Of a stretch of DNA of 64,000 nt, positions 19,501-29,608 are shown one piece after another. The notes beneath the pieces are model-generated. The model did no database searches. It had not been told where the DNA came from and was given only the letters and a program-made list of their open reading frames with translations. The position numbers and the translations under genes were made by a program. Source of the DNA: Alphaproteobacteria bacterium (lineage in GTDB: Bacteria; Pseudomonadota; Alphaproteobacteria; MPNO01); contig CBDFLJ010000001.1 of the NCBI GenBank assembly GCA_965248835.1, positions 96,001 to 160,000 of the forward strand, given 5' to 3'. Every line of letters begins with the position of its first letter. Positions within the stretch are counted from its first letter, which is position 1.

Positions 19501-19837
19501 GACGCTCGAAGGCGCGAACTCCCCAAGGGGCATCCACCGCGGCCACCGGCCGGGGCACGGGTCCCCCCAAGTGCTCTCACGGCGCGGGGGGCGAATGGTT
19601 GCTCCCGGCCAGTTAGCCCAGCTCACCGACATACCGGCGAAGCGCCAAAAAAGGTACAGGGACGCCTGGAAGCGCGTGAGTTGGAACGAAACCGCTTTCG
19701 GTTTGATTATAAATTTCCAGATCGGTTGAAGGACAGATCATCAAGTTGGCATAATTATAGCGTATTATCAGTGAGATGAGCGAGATTCAGGAAGAAACGG
19801 CCATGCTAATTGTTCCTGCTGAGAAGGAAGGAAGGCC

Positions 19838-20695
19838 ATGGAAGACGATCGGCCCGACCGGCGCCCGTGGCGCTGGCCCGGCGATGCGCGGATCGCGGTC
19901 TCGATCGGCCTCGCCTTCGAGGCGTTCGAGGCGCGCTCTCAGTTCGTCACCTCGGTCGCATCCTCGGAGGTCAACCAGTTCTCGCTGTCCTATGGCGATT
20001 ACGGCTGGAAGGCCGGTGCTTGGCGCCTGCTGGACCTGCTCGACGCCTACGGCATCAAGGGCCAAGTCTATACCAACGGGCTCGCCGCTTCGGGGCATCC
20101 CGAGGTCGTCGCGGCGCTCGCCGGGGCGGGGCACGAGATCGTCGGCCATGGCTGGGCGAACGATCGTCCGATGCACGGGCGGGCGCCCGATGATGTCCGC
20201 GCCGAGATCCGACGCTGCACCGAGGCGCTGAGCGAGGCGGCGGGCACCCGCCCGGTCGGCTGGCTGAGCCCGGGCTATACCGGCACCGCGGAGTCCGACG
20301 CGATCCTCGCTTCGGAGGGCTATCTGTGGGCCGGCGATGATGCCTCCGACGATCTTCCCTTCGTTGCCCGGACCGACGGCGGGCCGATCGTGATCATCCC
20401 GACCCCGGGCCTCGCCACCAACGATCTGACCAATTGGCTCGCCCCGCGCAACGCGCCCTCCGTCGTCCGGGACGGCTTCGAGGACACGTTCGATCTGCTC
20501 TACGAAGAGGGCGGCCGGGGCAGCCCGAAATGGATCGAGCTCGTGCTGCACTGCCACGTCGCGGGCCGGCCCACCCTGATCCCCGCGATCAGGCGCTGTC
20601 TGGACCATGCCCGCGCCCACGACGACGTTCTGTTCATACGGCGCTGCGATCTTGCCGCATGGACCAGGGAACAGCATGAAGGGACAGACCGATAA
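19838..20695 (+). CDS. Polysaccharide deacetylase family protein (PuuE-like)
   Basis: WPGDARIAV, YGDYGWKAGAWRLL, GHEIVGHG and RPVGWLSP motifs. Confidence 0.88.
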   Translation: MEDDRPDRRPWRWPGDARIAVSIGLAFEAFEARSQFVTSVASSEVNQFSLSYGDYGWKAGAWRLLDLLDAYGIKGQVYTNGLAASGHPEVVAALAGAGHEIVGHGWANDRPMHGRAPDDVRAEIRRCTEALSEAAGTRPVGWLSPGYTGTAESDAILASEGYLWAGDDASDDLPFVARTDGGPIVIIPTPGLATNDLTNWLAPRNAPSVVRDGFEDTFDLLYEEGGRGSPKWIELVLHCHVAGRPTLIPAIRRCLDHARAHDDVLFIRRCDLAAWTREQHEGTDR

Positions 20696-20825
20696 CGCCG
20701 TGCGCGAGCCCGCCGTCCTCTTCCTGGTTGAGGCACGCGGTCGGGCAGGCCTCCGATAGGCGCGGCAAACCCTCGGTCTTCTCGCCCGAACGCGGCGGTC
20801 GGAACCGGCCGTGGACGCCGTCGCG

Positions 20826-21608
20826 TCAGCCGAACGCCGGGATGCCGATGCCCTTGCGGGCGGTCTCCAACAGGCTGTAGGCGGTGAGCGCGGAGGTCTT
20901 GGGGTTGGTCGGCGAGGCGAGGGCGAGAATCTCGAAGCGGAAGGTGCCGAAGGCGCCCTCGGCCTCGATCACCCCCAGCGGGTCGGCGACCCGGCGCGAG
21001 GAGACCAGCCGGACCTCGGTGTCCTCGAAGCCGAGCCCGGCGATGGCCACGGCAGCCGAGACGTTGGCGTTCTGCGGGTAGTCGCTGGCGGCCGTGCGCG
21101 CCGAGCCGGTGAAGAACACCACCTCCGCTTCGGCATGGTCGAGGTCGATCGCCGCCTCGGCCGGCGTGCCGCGCCAGGCGTGCGGCGGCTTGTAGGAGGT
21201 GTAGACCACCCTCGACAGGCCGGCGGTCCGGGCGGCGATCAGCCCGTCGAGCCCGGCGATCGCCCCCGGCGGTACGATCGCCCGCCCGCCGCCGGATTGC
21301 GCCGTCTCCAGCCGCCTTGCCATGTCCCGGTCGGCCAGCGCGCCCACCGCGGCGATGACGAGATCGGTGCCGTTCTCGAGGATGGTGGGCCCGTAGACCG
21401 CCACCGCACCGTGGCCGGCCGCCTCGATCACGATGTCGGGGCTGGTCCGCAGCAGCCCGTCGAGGTCGCGGAAGACCGCAACGCCGGGATCGGCGGCCGG
21501 ATCGGAGCGGACCAGGATACCGGCAAGGCTTGCCAGTGCGCCTTCGGCTTGCAGGCGTTCGACGATCGCCTGCCCGATGGCGCCGTGGCCGATCATCCCC
21601 AGTCGCAT
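20826..21608 (-). CDS. nadX: L-aspartate dehydrogenase-like protein (NadX family)
   Basis: IGHGAIG Rossmann motif, EAAGH, GAIAGLD, YPQNANV and NPKTSALTAYS motifs. Confidence 0.85.
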   Translation of the reverse strand: MRLGMIGHGAIGQAIVERLQAEGALASLAGILVRSDPAADPGVAVFRDLDGLLRTSPDIVIEAAGHGAVAVYGPTILENGTDLVIAAVGALADRDMARRLETAQSGGGRAIVPPGAIAGLDGLIAARTAGLSRVVYTSYKPPHAWRGTPAEAAIDLDHAEAEVVFFTGSARTAASDYPQNANVSAAVAIAGLGFEDTEVRLVSSRRVADPLGVIEAEGAFGTFRFEILALASPTNPKTSALTAYSLLETARKGIGIPAFG

Positions 21609-21646
21609 GGGGGCTGGCCGTTATCGGAAAGAATCCAGGACAAGCC

Positions 21647-23345
21647 CTAATCGGCGACCGCGACGTTGAGGATGGCGGTCCTTCCGTCCGCCACCGCGGC
21701 GCGCGCGGCCTCCAGCGCGCCCGGCAGCGCCCCGGGGTCCTCGATTCTTTCGCCGTGCCCGTCGAACGGGCGGACAAGCTCGGCATAGTCGAGGTCGGTG
21801 ATCAGGTTGCCGTAGAACAGGTCGCGCTCGGCCGCGACGCCATCGGGATAGAACCGCTTGTGCTCGCGTCCCATCGCGCGATAGCCGTTGTTGTTGACCA
21901 CCACGATCAGGATCGGCAGGTCCTCGTGCTTGGACAGCGCAAGGCTCTGGATGACCGGGTTGTACATGAACGAGCCGTCGCCGAGGACGGAGACGACCAT
22001 ACGCTCGGGTGCGGCCATCTTCAGCCCGAGCGCGACGCCGAGCCCCTGGCCGAGCCCGCCGGCCACCCGGAAATAGCTCTGCGGGCCCTTGTAGGGCCGG
22101 TGGCGCATCAGCCGGCCGCGGTGGGTGATGGTTTCATCGGCATAGATCGCGTCATCGGGCATCGCATCGCCGAGGGCCGCGAACAGCGCGATGGGGTCGA
22201 TCTGACGTTTTGGCCCGTGCCGCGGCCACGATCGCCTTGTCGGCGCGGGCCAGTTCGGCGTGGGCGCCGGCCCAGCCGGCCGCGCGGTCCGCGATCCGCC
22301 CGGCATCCGGCTTGGCGGCGCGCACCGCCTCGGCCAGGAGCTCCAGCGTCGCGGTGCAGTCGCCCTCCAGGTAGTCGTCGGCCTGGAGGTTCTGATGGAC
22401 CATATCGGGGCGGAACGGCGTCTCGTCGATCGCCACGATCCGCGCCTTCGCGGGGCGGTTGCCGGGCGGCGACCACGGCGCACGGCAGCGCAGCATCAGG
22501 ATCAGATCGGCGTCGTCCAGCAAATCCGGTTGGCCGATACCCTGGTAGAGGTCGTGATCGGCCGGGAAGTTGGCGTAGTCCGCGCGCGCCGCATCGACGA
22601 CCGGGATCGCCAGCAGCTCGGCCAGCGCGATCAGCGCGTGATAGCCCGCGGCCTCGCGTCCGGAGGCATCGGCGAGGATCGCGGGGGACTTCGCGGCCAC
22701 CAGCAGATCGGCGATGCGCTCGATCTCGGCCGCCGCGGGCCGCGGCTTGGGCGCCGGCGGCACGTCGCGGATCTCACGCGGCGGCGTCCAGGCGTGGAGC
22801 TGCGTCTCGATCGGCACGGTCATGAAGACCGGTCCGGCAGGCGAACGCTGGGCCATCTCGCCGGCGCGGACGAGCTGTTCGAACAGGGTCGCCGGGCTCG
22901 AAGCCTGGGACGACCACTTGACCAGCGGCTCGGCAAGCCGGTGGGGACCGCCTACGCTGCTCAGCGTCGACAGCCATTGCCCGCCGGGATCGAAACCCTC
23001 CTGCTCGCCGTAGGTCACCGACTCGCCGGCGAGCACCACCATCGGGATGGCCTGGCGCAGGGCGGCATCGATCCCCATCGATCCCTGCAGCAGCCCGACC
23101 CCGGTATGCAGCATCACCGCCTGCATGCGCCGGGTGATCTCGCTGTAGCCGATGGCCAGATCGACCGCCAAGGTCTCGTGCGCGCAGCTGAAGTATTTCG
23201 GCCCCGGCGCGTTGGCGAGGTCCTGGCGGGTGAACGCCTCCCAGACCGCACCCCATTCGGAGCCCGGCGAGGCCATCACGTAGTCGCATCCGAGCGACCG
23301 GAAGGCCTGGACGATCGCCTCGCCGCAATCGAGCGTGTTCTTCAT
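21647..23345 (-). CDS. Thiamine-pyrophosphate-dependent enzyme (ALS/benzoylformate decarboxylase superfamily), with a +1 frameshift at ~22210
   Basis: PGSEW and HETLAV in the N-terminal frame; GDGSFMYN...VVNNNGY TPP motif in the C-terminal frame; extra base in the T run at 22208-22211. Confidence 0.85.
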
Positions 23346-23821
23346 GGCCGGCTCCTGCTTTCCTCGGCCGCCCGGGCCTTGCGGAACTCGGGCAGGGTCA
23401 CGGCGCCGGCATAGATCTCGAAGCAGATGCCGTTGGGATCGTTGAAAAAGATCGCGTAGCTGCCGCTGCCGCCGTCGATGCCGCCGCCCTCCGGGCCCTG
23501 GACATAGGGACCGTCGATCGCAATGCCGTGCGCCTGGAGTTTCCGGTGCCAGGCCTGGACGTCCTCGCGGGTCTCGGCGGGCATCGCGATATGATGGACG
23601 CCGGTGCGCTCGGCCTTGGAATTGCCGCTGGGCAGCGGCGCGCCGTCCTCGAACAAAGCGAGGCTGTGGTGGCGCACCCCGTCGAGGCTGACGAAGGCGA
23701 TCCGGCCCACCGGCGCCCGGTCGATGCAAGTCACCTCGGCTCCCAGCAACTCGAGAAAGGCGATCTCTTCTTCGAGATCGCGCACATGAAGCCCGACATG
23801 ACCGATCGAAAGCGGTTCCAT
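23342..23821 (-). CDS. VOC/glyoxalase family protein
   Basis: IGHVGLHVRDL, HHSLAL, GVHHIAM and FFNDPNGICFEI motifs; stop overlaps the TPP gene start. Confidence 0.88.
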   Translation of the reverse strand: MEPLSIGHVGLHVRDLEEEIAFLELLGAEVTCIDRAPVGRIAFVSLDGVRHHSLALFEDGAPLPSGNSKAERTGVHHIAMPAETREDVQAWHRKLQAHGIAIDGPYVQGPEGGGIDGGSGSYAIFFNDPNGICFEIYAGAVTLPEFRKARAAEESRSRP

Positions 23822-23885
23822 CAAACGATCCTCCCTGCCTGGGCCCACCAGCCTAGCCGCATCTCGGGCCGATGTCTCGCGAAGA

Positions 23886-25094
23886 TCAGCCGCCGGCCTG
23901 CAGGGTCTTGCGCAGGGCATCCAGGAGGTTGATCACCGCATATTCGCGCACCCGGTCGCGGTCGCCGGGAAGCGCCACCCGGCGGGCGGTCGCGGCCTGC
24001 GCGCTGGCGATGCCCATATGGACGGTGCCGGGCGGGGCGTCCTCGCCCGGCGCGGGGCCAAAGGCGGAGATGCCGAAATCGGCTCCCAGCGCCGCGCGGA
24101 TCGCCGACGCGGCATGGCGGGCGCGGTCCGGCCCCGACGACGGGGTGTCGGCGGCGGCGGTCCAGGCACCGGTGCGGCCGCCCAGGAAAGTCTCCATCGC
24201 CGGGTCCACAGCGCTCAGCCTCGCGGCGAGGAGGCCGCCGGTCAGCATCTCGGACACCGCAAGCGTCTTGCCCGCCATGCGCAGCATCTCCAGGACAACG
24301 ACTTCCATCGACTGGTCGTCGATGCCGAAGACCACATCGCCCAGCAGGCCCCGGACCAACGCCTCCTCGGCGTCGATCACCCGTGCAGCCTCGGCCTCGC
24401 TGCCTGCCTTGGCGGTGATCCGCACCTTGAGGCCTTCCATGCCGCTGGCCTGGAACGCAAGGGTCGGATTGCCGAGCCCGTCGAGCGCCTGGATTCGGTC
24501 GGCCAGGATCTCGGCTAGGCCCGACTCGCTCTGCCCCCAGGTGCGCAGGACCCGGCTGCGGATCACCGATTGGGTGCCCGAGCGGCGGCGCAAATCGGGC
24601 AGCACGCTACCCGCCAGCATCTCGCGCATCTCGGAAGGGACGCCCGGGACGGCGTAGATCACCTTCTCGCCGACCGGGCATACCAGGCCCGAGGCGGTGC
24701 CCGGCATCTCAGGGATCGGCGCCGCGCCCAGGGGGATGTCGGCCTGGCGCCGGTTGTTCTCGGTCATCACCCGGCCGCGCCGGGCGAACAGGTTGACGAT
24801 CTTCTGTTCGATCACCGGGTCGCGGCGCAACGCGACCCCCATGACCTCGGCGATGACCTCGCGGGTGATGTCGTCCTGGGTCGGCCCCAGCCCGCCGCAG
24901 CAGATCACCGCCTCGGCCCGGTCCAGCGCCTGGCGGATGCAGTAAGCCATCCGTTCGGCGTTGTCGCCCACCTTGACCTGGAAGTGCGAGTCGATGCCGA
25001 TCAGCGCGAGCTGCTCGCCGATCCAGGACGAGTTGGTGTCGGTGATCTGTCCGAGCAGCAGCTCGGTGCCGATGGCAACCACTTCGCAGCGCAA
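23886..25094 (-). CDS. cinA: Competence/damage-inducible protein A (NMN deamidase-related)
   Basis: IGTELLLGQITDTNS, GGLGPTQDDIT and PGVPSEM motifs. Confidence 0.92.
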   Translation of the reverse strand: MRCEVVAIGTELLLGQITDTNSSWIGEQLALIGIDSHFQVKVGDNAERMAYCIRQALDRAEAVICCGGLGPTQDDITREVIAEVMGVALRRDPVIEQKIVNLFARRGRVMTENNRRQADIPLGAAPIPEMPGTASGLVCPVGEKVIYAVPGVPSEMREMLAGSVLPDLRRRSGTQSVIRSRVLRTWGQSESGLAEILADRIQALDGLGNPTLAFQASGMEGLKVRITAKAGSEAEAARVIDAEEALVRGLLGDVVFGIDDQSMEVVVLEMLRMAGKTLAVSEMLTGGLLAARLSAVDPAMETFLGGRTGAWTAAADTPSSGPDRARHAASAIRAALGADFGISAFGPAPGEDAPPGTVHMGIASAQAATARRVALPGDRDRVREYAVINLLDALRKTLQAGG

Positions 25095-25232
25095 GGGCGG
25101 TCCCCTCTCTTCAGGTTCGCGCCGTTTTACCCCAGCCGCCCAGGATTGACATCCGGGTGTTGCCGGGCACCGGTCTTCCGATCCTCGGCCCGGCGCAGCT
25201 TATCGGTGGACGGGACGTGCGGAAACCGTGCC

Positions 25233-25871
25233 TCAGGCCGGGTTCGGGGCGTCTCCCAGCCGGCCCGGCGAGATCGAGCACTGGCCGCGGTCGGGGTTGG
25301 GCTCGACCGGGCCGTCGATGATCTCCGCCAGCGCGTCCGCCCCGCCGACATAGTGGGCATCGATCCAGATCTGCGGCACGGTGATCGGCGTCTTGGGTCC
25401 GACGATCGGCTTGACCCGGGCCAGCATCTCGTAGAGCGCGGCCGGCTCGCGGACCACGTCGTGATAGGCGTAGTCGATCCCCGCTCGGTCGAGATAGGCC
25501 TTGGCGCGCACGCAGTGCGGACAGGTCTCCTTGCCGAAGACGTGGTTGCCGGTGATCGCGGTGCGTGCGGTGTGCGCGGCGATCACCGCCTGGGTCAGCA
25601 CGCCCCGGTTGAGCGCCGCTCCCTGGCTGATCACCTTGCCCTCGACCATGACGATCGGCGCGTGCCAGCCGCCCTTGGGCAGCGGGCGCCACCACTCGGT
25701 CAGCCAGTCGCAGATGTCCAACGCGACGGGAACACCGTCGAGCTCGACCGCCATCGTGTCGGCGATCACGTCCTTGGTCAGCGAACATTCGCCGCACGGA
25801 ATCTTGACCTTGAACGGCCCCCACTGGCCCGCCCAGCGATACAGCGTGATCTTGACCGGCTCCATCGCCAA
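25233..25871 (-). CDS. Two-domain glutaredoxin-like protein
   Basis: N-terminal CGEC thioredoxin-like domain; C-terminal CPHC...TVPQIWI...VGGAD glutaredoxin domain. Confidence 0.82.
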   Translation of the reverse strand: MAMEPVKITLYRWAGQWGPFKVKIPCGECSLTKDVIADTMAVELDGVPVALDICDWLTEWWRPLPKGGWHAPIVMVEGKVISQGAALNRGVLTQAVIAAHTARTAITGNHVFGKETCPHCVRAKAYLDRAGIDYAYHDVVREPAALYEMLARVKPIVGPKTPITVPQIWIDAHYVGGADALAEIIDGPVEPNPDRGQCSISPGRLGDAPNPA

Positions 25872-26029
25872 CCCCGTCGACTTGCCTCCGTCGCCTCACC
25901 ACAGATGGGGGCGCAAAGCCGCGAATGCGACCCCATCGATCATCAGATGTTCGTGAATGCGCCGCCGCCCTTCGCATGCACCCCGATCCCGGCTAGACTG
26001 CTCGGGCCGCGCCGGAGGAGGGACACGCC

Positions 26030-26278
26030 GTGCTGAACGCGGTCGCGATCGCTCTCGATCAGATCTACGTCCCGGTCAAGCGCCGTCAGACCCTCGACGA
26101 GGCCAAGGTCGAGGCGCTGGCCGGAGACATCATCGACAACGGGCTGAAGATCCCGATCCAGGTCCGCCGCGACAAGGAGCGCTACGTGCTGCTCGAAGGT
26201 CTGCACCGGCTGGAGGCCGCGCGCGCGTTGGGCGAGGTGACGATCGAGGCCCTCATCGTCAGCGTCCGTCAGCACTGA
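26030..26278 (+). CDS. Small ParB/sulfiredoxin N-terminal-domain protein
   Basis: GLKIPIQV...YVLLEGLHRLEAARALG; GGAGGAGG RBS. Confidence 0.82.
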   Translation: MLNAVAIALDQIYVPVKRRQTLDEAKVEALAGDIIDNGLKIPIQVRRDKERYVLLEGLHRLEAARALGEVTIEALIVSVRQH

Positions 26279-26371
26279 TCGAGGCGGCACCGGTCGTGGT
26301 TGCGCCGCGGCTTGCCGCGGCCCCGCCCCGCCGATAGCGTTCGCACCTGCGCGGGGTGTTGGGGGAAGGCG

Positions 26372-27233
26372 ATGCATTGGACCGAACGGCGGCGGCGGTT
26401 CCGCGCCCTGATCGCGGGCGAACGCTGCGTGCATCCGGGCTCGGTCTTCGATCCGATCTCGGCGCGGATCGCCGAGGATCTGGGCTTCGAGGCCGGCATG
26501 TTCGCAGGCTCGACCGCCTCGCTCGCCGTGCTGGGCGCGCCGGACCTGATCGTGCTCACCCTGGGCGAGTTCGCTCGGCAGGCCCACCGGATCTGCCGGG
26601 CCGGCGACCTCGCCCTCCTGGTCGACGCCGATCACGGCTACGGCAACGCGCTGAACGTCATGCGCACGGTCGACGCGCTGGAGACCGCCGGCGTCTGCGC
26701 GCTGACCATCGAGGATACCGACCTGCCCCGGCCGTTCGCCACCGATGCGCCACGGCTGATCCCGCTCGAGGAGGGGATCGGCAAGATGAAAGCCGCCCTC
26801 GCTGCGCGCCAGGACCCGGACCTGGTGATCGCCGCACGCCACCGGCGCGCTCACGATCACCGGGCTCGACGATGCCATCCGGCGGATCCGGGCCTACCAG
26901 GCGGCCGGTGTCGATGCGGTGTTCCTGACCGGTGTGCGCACGCCGGACCAGATCGAGGCGATTGCCGATGCGGTCGATATCCCGGTCTTCCTCGGGGCGG
27001 CGGGCCCGGACATCATGGACCTCGCCTATCTCGGCGCCCACGGGATCAGGATTTGCCTGCAGGGCCACCAGCCGTTCGTGGCCGCTGTCCAGGCGGTGCA
27101 TGCGACGCTCAAAGCGCTGCGCGAGGGCGCCGACCCGTCCGACCTCAAGGGCCTCGCAGCGCCCGAACTGATGAAATCCCTGACGCGAGAGTCCGACTAC
27201 CGGCGCTGGACCGCGGATTTCCTCGACGGCTAG
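26372..27233 (+). CDS. Isocitrate lyase/PEP mutase family protein (oxaloacetate decarboxylase-like), with a +1 frameshift at ~26840
   Basis: [26 protein letters not shown] and TIED motifs; extra C at 26840 moves the C-terminus to another frame. Confidence 0.85.
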
Positions 27234-27280
27234 CGCTTGTTCCAATCGACCGCGTCGGTCCGTTCCGTTCCGGTCGAGGT

Positions 27281-28255
27281 CTAGCGCCGCCAGATGCCGG
27301 CCTCCTTGTAGAATTTGACGGCGCCGGGGTGATAGGGCAGGTCGGGGCCGTGGTCCTTGGCCATGTTGGCCGACCTGTGGCTGCGCCACAGCGGGCTGGT
27401 CTCCTTCAGCGCGGCCTCGTTGGCGTACATCGCCTTGGCGACCTGGTAGACCACCTCGTCCTTCAGGCCGGCATGAGTCCAGATCGAATAGTCGTAGGAC
27501 AGCGCCTGGAGCGGCTTGTCGAAGCCGACCAGCTTCTTGTTGGGCGGGATCGGCTCGATCCACGACTTGGGATAGAGCTTGTTGAGCCGCGCCAGGGCCT
27601 CCGGCGAGGGATCGAGCGAGACGAAGCGGACCCCGCCGGAGATGCTGGCGTTGAGGTCCTTGACGATGGCCGAGCCGATCGCCGCGGTGGCGACCTGGAT
27701 CTTGCCCTGCTTCATCGCGTTCCAGTGCTGACGCAGCGCGACGGCGGGGACCGGCTTGATCTCGTCCTGGCCGATACCGGCATTGGCGAGAAAACACCGC
27801 ATCAGCAGACCGATCACCGGCGAGGCCTTGAAGCCCACCGGATAGGTCTTGCCCCTGATATCGTCCAGGGATTGGATGTTGGCGCTGCTTGCGGTCAGGA
27901 CGCCGACCTGGAACTTCATCATGCTGGCGACGAGCCTGAGGTTCTTGTGCGGCCGCTTGGAGATGCCGAAGCCTTCCACGCCCATCGTGTATTGCGGGAT
28001 GTTGGACAGCCCGAAATCAAGCTCGCCGGCGTTGACGATCGGAAAATACTGCTGAGTGCCGCCCATCGGCTGGGGCCGCATGCTCAGTGCGGAATTGCGG
28101 GTCACCACCTTGGCGATGGCGGCCGAGATCTGCGCAAGCGCACCGCCTTTGGTGGTCCCGATTCCGACGCTCTGAGCCTGCGCCGCGGCGGCGGCGATCA
28201 CCATCGCAGCCGCGCCCGCCATTGCTGCCAAATGTTTCATCGTCAGACGTTTCAT
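27281..28255 (-). CDS. TAXI family TRAP solute-binding protein
   Basis: Signal peptide, SVGIGT motif, C-terminal [14 protein letters not shown]. Confidence 0.9.
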   Translation of the reverse strand: MKRLTMKHLAAMAGAAAMVIAAAAAQAQSVGIGTTKGGALAQISAAIAKVVTRNSALSMRPQPMGGTQQYFPIVNAGELDFGLSNIPQYTMGVEGFGISKRPHKNLRLVASMMKFQVGVLTASSANIQSLDDIRGKTYPVGFKASPVIGLLMRCFLANAGIGQDEIKPVPAVALRQHWNAMKQGKIQVATAAIGSAIVKDLNASISGGVRFVSLDPSPEALARLNKLYPKSWIEPIPPNKKLVGFDKPLQALSYDYSIWTHAGLKDEVVYQVAKAMYANEAALKETSPLWRSHRSANMAKDHGPDLPYHPGAVKFYKEAGIWRR

Positions 28256-28397
28256 AGAATGACTCCGTGTTGCGCCAATGCCCTTCGCACCCGTGTGCGT
28301 TGGTCGGTTTGCGGGCGAAGAGTAGCACCGATCGCCCCGGCCGATCGATCTTGGCGCATCGTTACCGCGTCCGGTCATCGATGATAGTCTCGCTCGC

Positions 28398-29543
28398 ATG
28401 GGCACGGGCAAACGCCACGCCGAGATCGCCGGAGCGGGCTTCGCGGGCTTGGTCGCCGGGATCGCGCTGTCCCGGCGCGGCTGGTCGGTGCGCATCCATG
28501 AACGCGCCCCGATGCTGCGGGCCTTCGGCGCCGGGATCTTCATCTGGGAGAACGGGCTCCGGGTGCTCAAGGCGATCGGCGCCTACGAGGATGTCATCGC
28601 CGGCGCGCACGAGAGCGTGGTCTACGAGGTCCGCGAGCGCTGGAAGGTGGTCGCGCGGACTTCGTTCTCGGCCGGCACGAACGACCGCATGCTGACCATG
28701 ACGCGCCAGTCGCTCTATTCAGCGATCCTGGCCGCGGCCGACCGTGAAGGGATCGAGGTGCGGACCGGTTCCGAAGTGGTCGGCGCCGAGCAGGCGGGCG
28801 TTCTGCTGACCGCCGATGGCGGGCGGTTCCAGGCCGACTTGGTGGTCGGGGCCGACGGCATCCGTTCCCGCGTGCGCGACTCGCTGGGCCTGCGGAAGGA
28901 GCATCACAAGGCCCCGCTCGGCCTGCTGCGGGTCCTGGCGCCGCGCTGTCTGGACGCGCTGGGCGAGGGGCCATGGAACTGGGTGATCGACATCTTCAAC
29001 CTGCCCAACCGCTCGTTGCGGATCCTGTACGTGCCGTGCAACGCCGAGGAGCTGTACCTGGCGATGATGGCGCGGGCCGATGATCCGGAGGCCACCGCCG
29101 TCCCGGTGCGGGCCGACATCTGGGTTCCCGCCTTCCCCGAGCTCGAACCGGCGATCCGCCGGGCCGCCGCCGACGGCCGCTACGATGCCTATGAGACCTG
29201 CAAGCTGACGCGCTGGGCGGCGGGCCGGGTCGCCGTGGTCGGCGATGCGGCGCACGCCATGGTGCCCTCGCTCGGCCAGGGCGCCGGGCTTGCGATGGCC
29301 AACGCGCTGGCGCTCGCCGTGGCGCTGGACGAGACCCCGGAGATCGGCGCTGCGCTCGCCCGCTGGGAATCCCGCGAGCGTCCGATGACCGAATACACCC
29401 AGGACTGGTCCGCCAAGGTCGCCCGCGACCGGATGCGGAACGGCGGCCGGATCTGGTCCGAAGACTCGATCGCGCCCGCACGGTCCATCCCCACCGGGAC
29501 CGAACACCTGCCCCGCATCCTCGATGAGAGGCCGCACGGGTAG
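28398..29543 (+). CDS. FAD-dependent monooxygenase, MHPCO-like (2-methyl-3-hydroxypyridine-5-carboxylate oxygenase family)
   Basis: AEIAGAGFAGL, LRAFGAGIFIWENGLRVL, VGADG, RILYVPCNAEELYL and GDAAHAM motifs. Confidence 0.8.
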   Translation: MGTGKRHAEIAGAGFAGLVAGIALSRRGWSVRIHERAPMLRAFGAGIFIWENGLRVLKAIGAYEDVIAGAHESVVYEVRERWKVVARTSFSAGTNDRMLTMTRQSLYSAILAAADREGIEVRTGSEVVGAEQAGVLLTADGGRFQADLVVGADGIRSRVRDSLGLRKEHHKAPLGLLRVLAPRCLDALGEGPWNWVIDIFNLPNRSLRILYVPCNAEELYLAMMARADDPEATAVPVRADIWVPAFPELEPAIRRAAADGRYDAYETCKLTRWAAGRVAVVGDAAHAMVPSLGQGAGLAMANALALAVALDETPEIGAALARWESRERPMTEYTQDWSAKVARDRMRNGGRIWSEDSIAPARSIPTGTEHLPRILDERPHG

Positions 29544-29608
29544 GCGGGCGTCTGAAGGGGGTGCGGGTATGCCGGCCGGCCGGCCATAAAGGACTGTAGC
29601 CGCCAATC

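Noticed and set aside
26030-26278. Partition system or plasmid origin
   Set aside because: Only the ParB N-terminal domain is present; no HTH, parA or parS-like repeats
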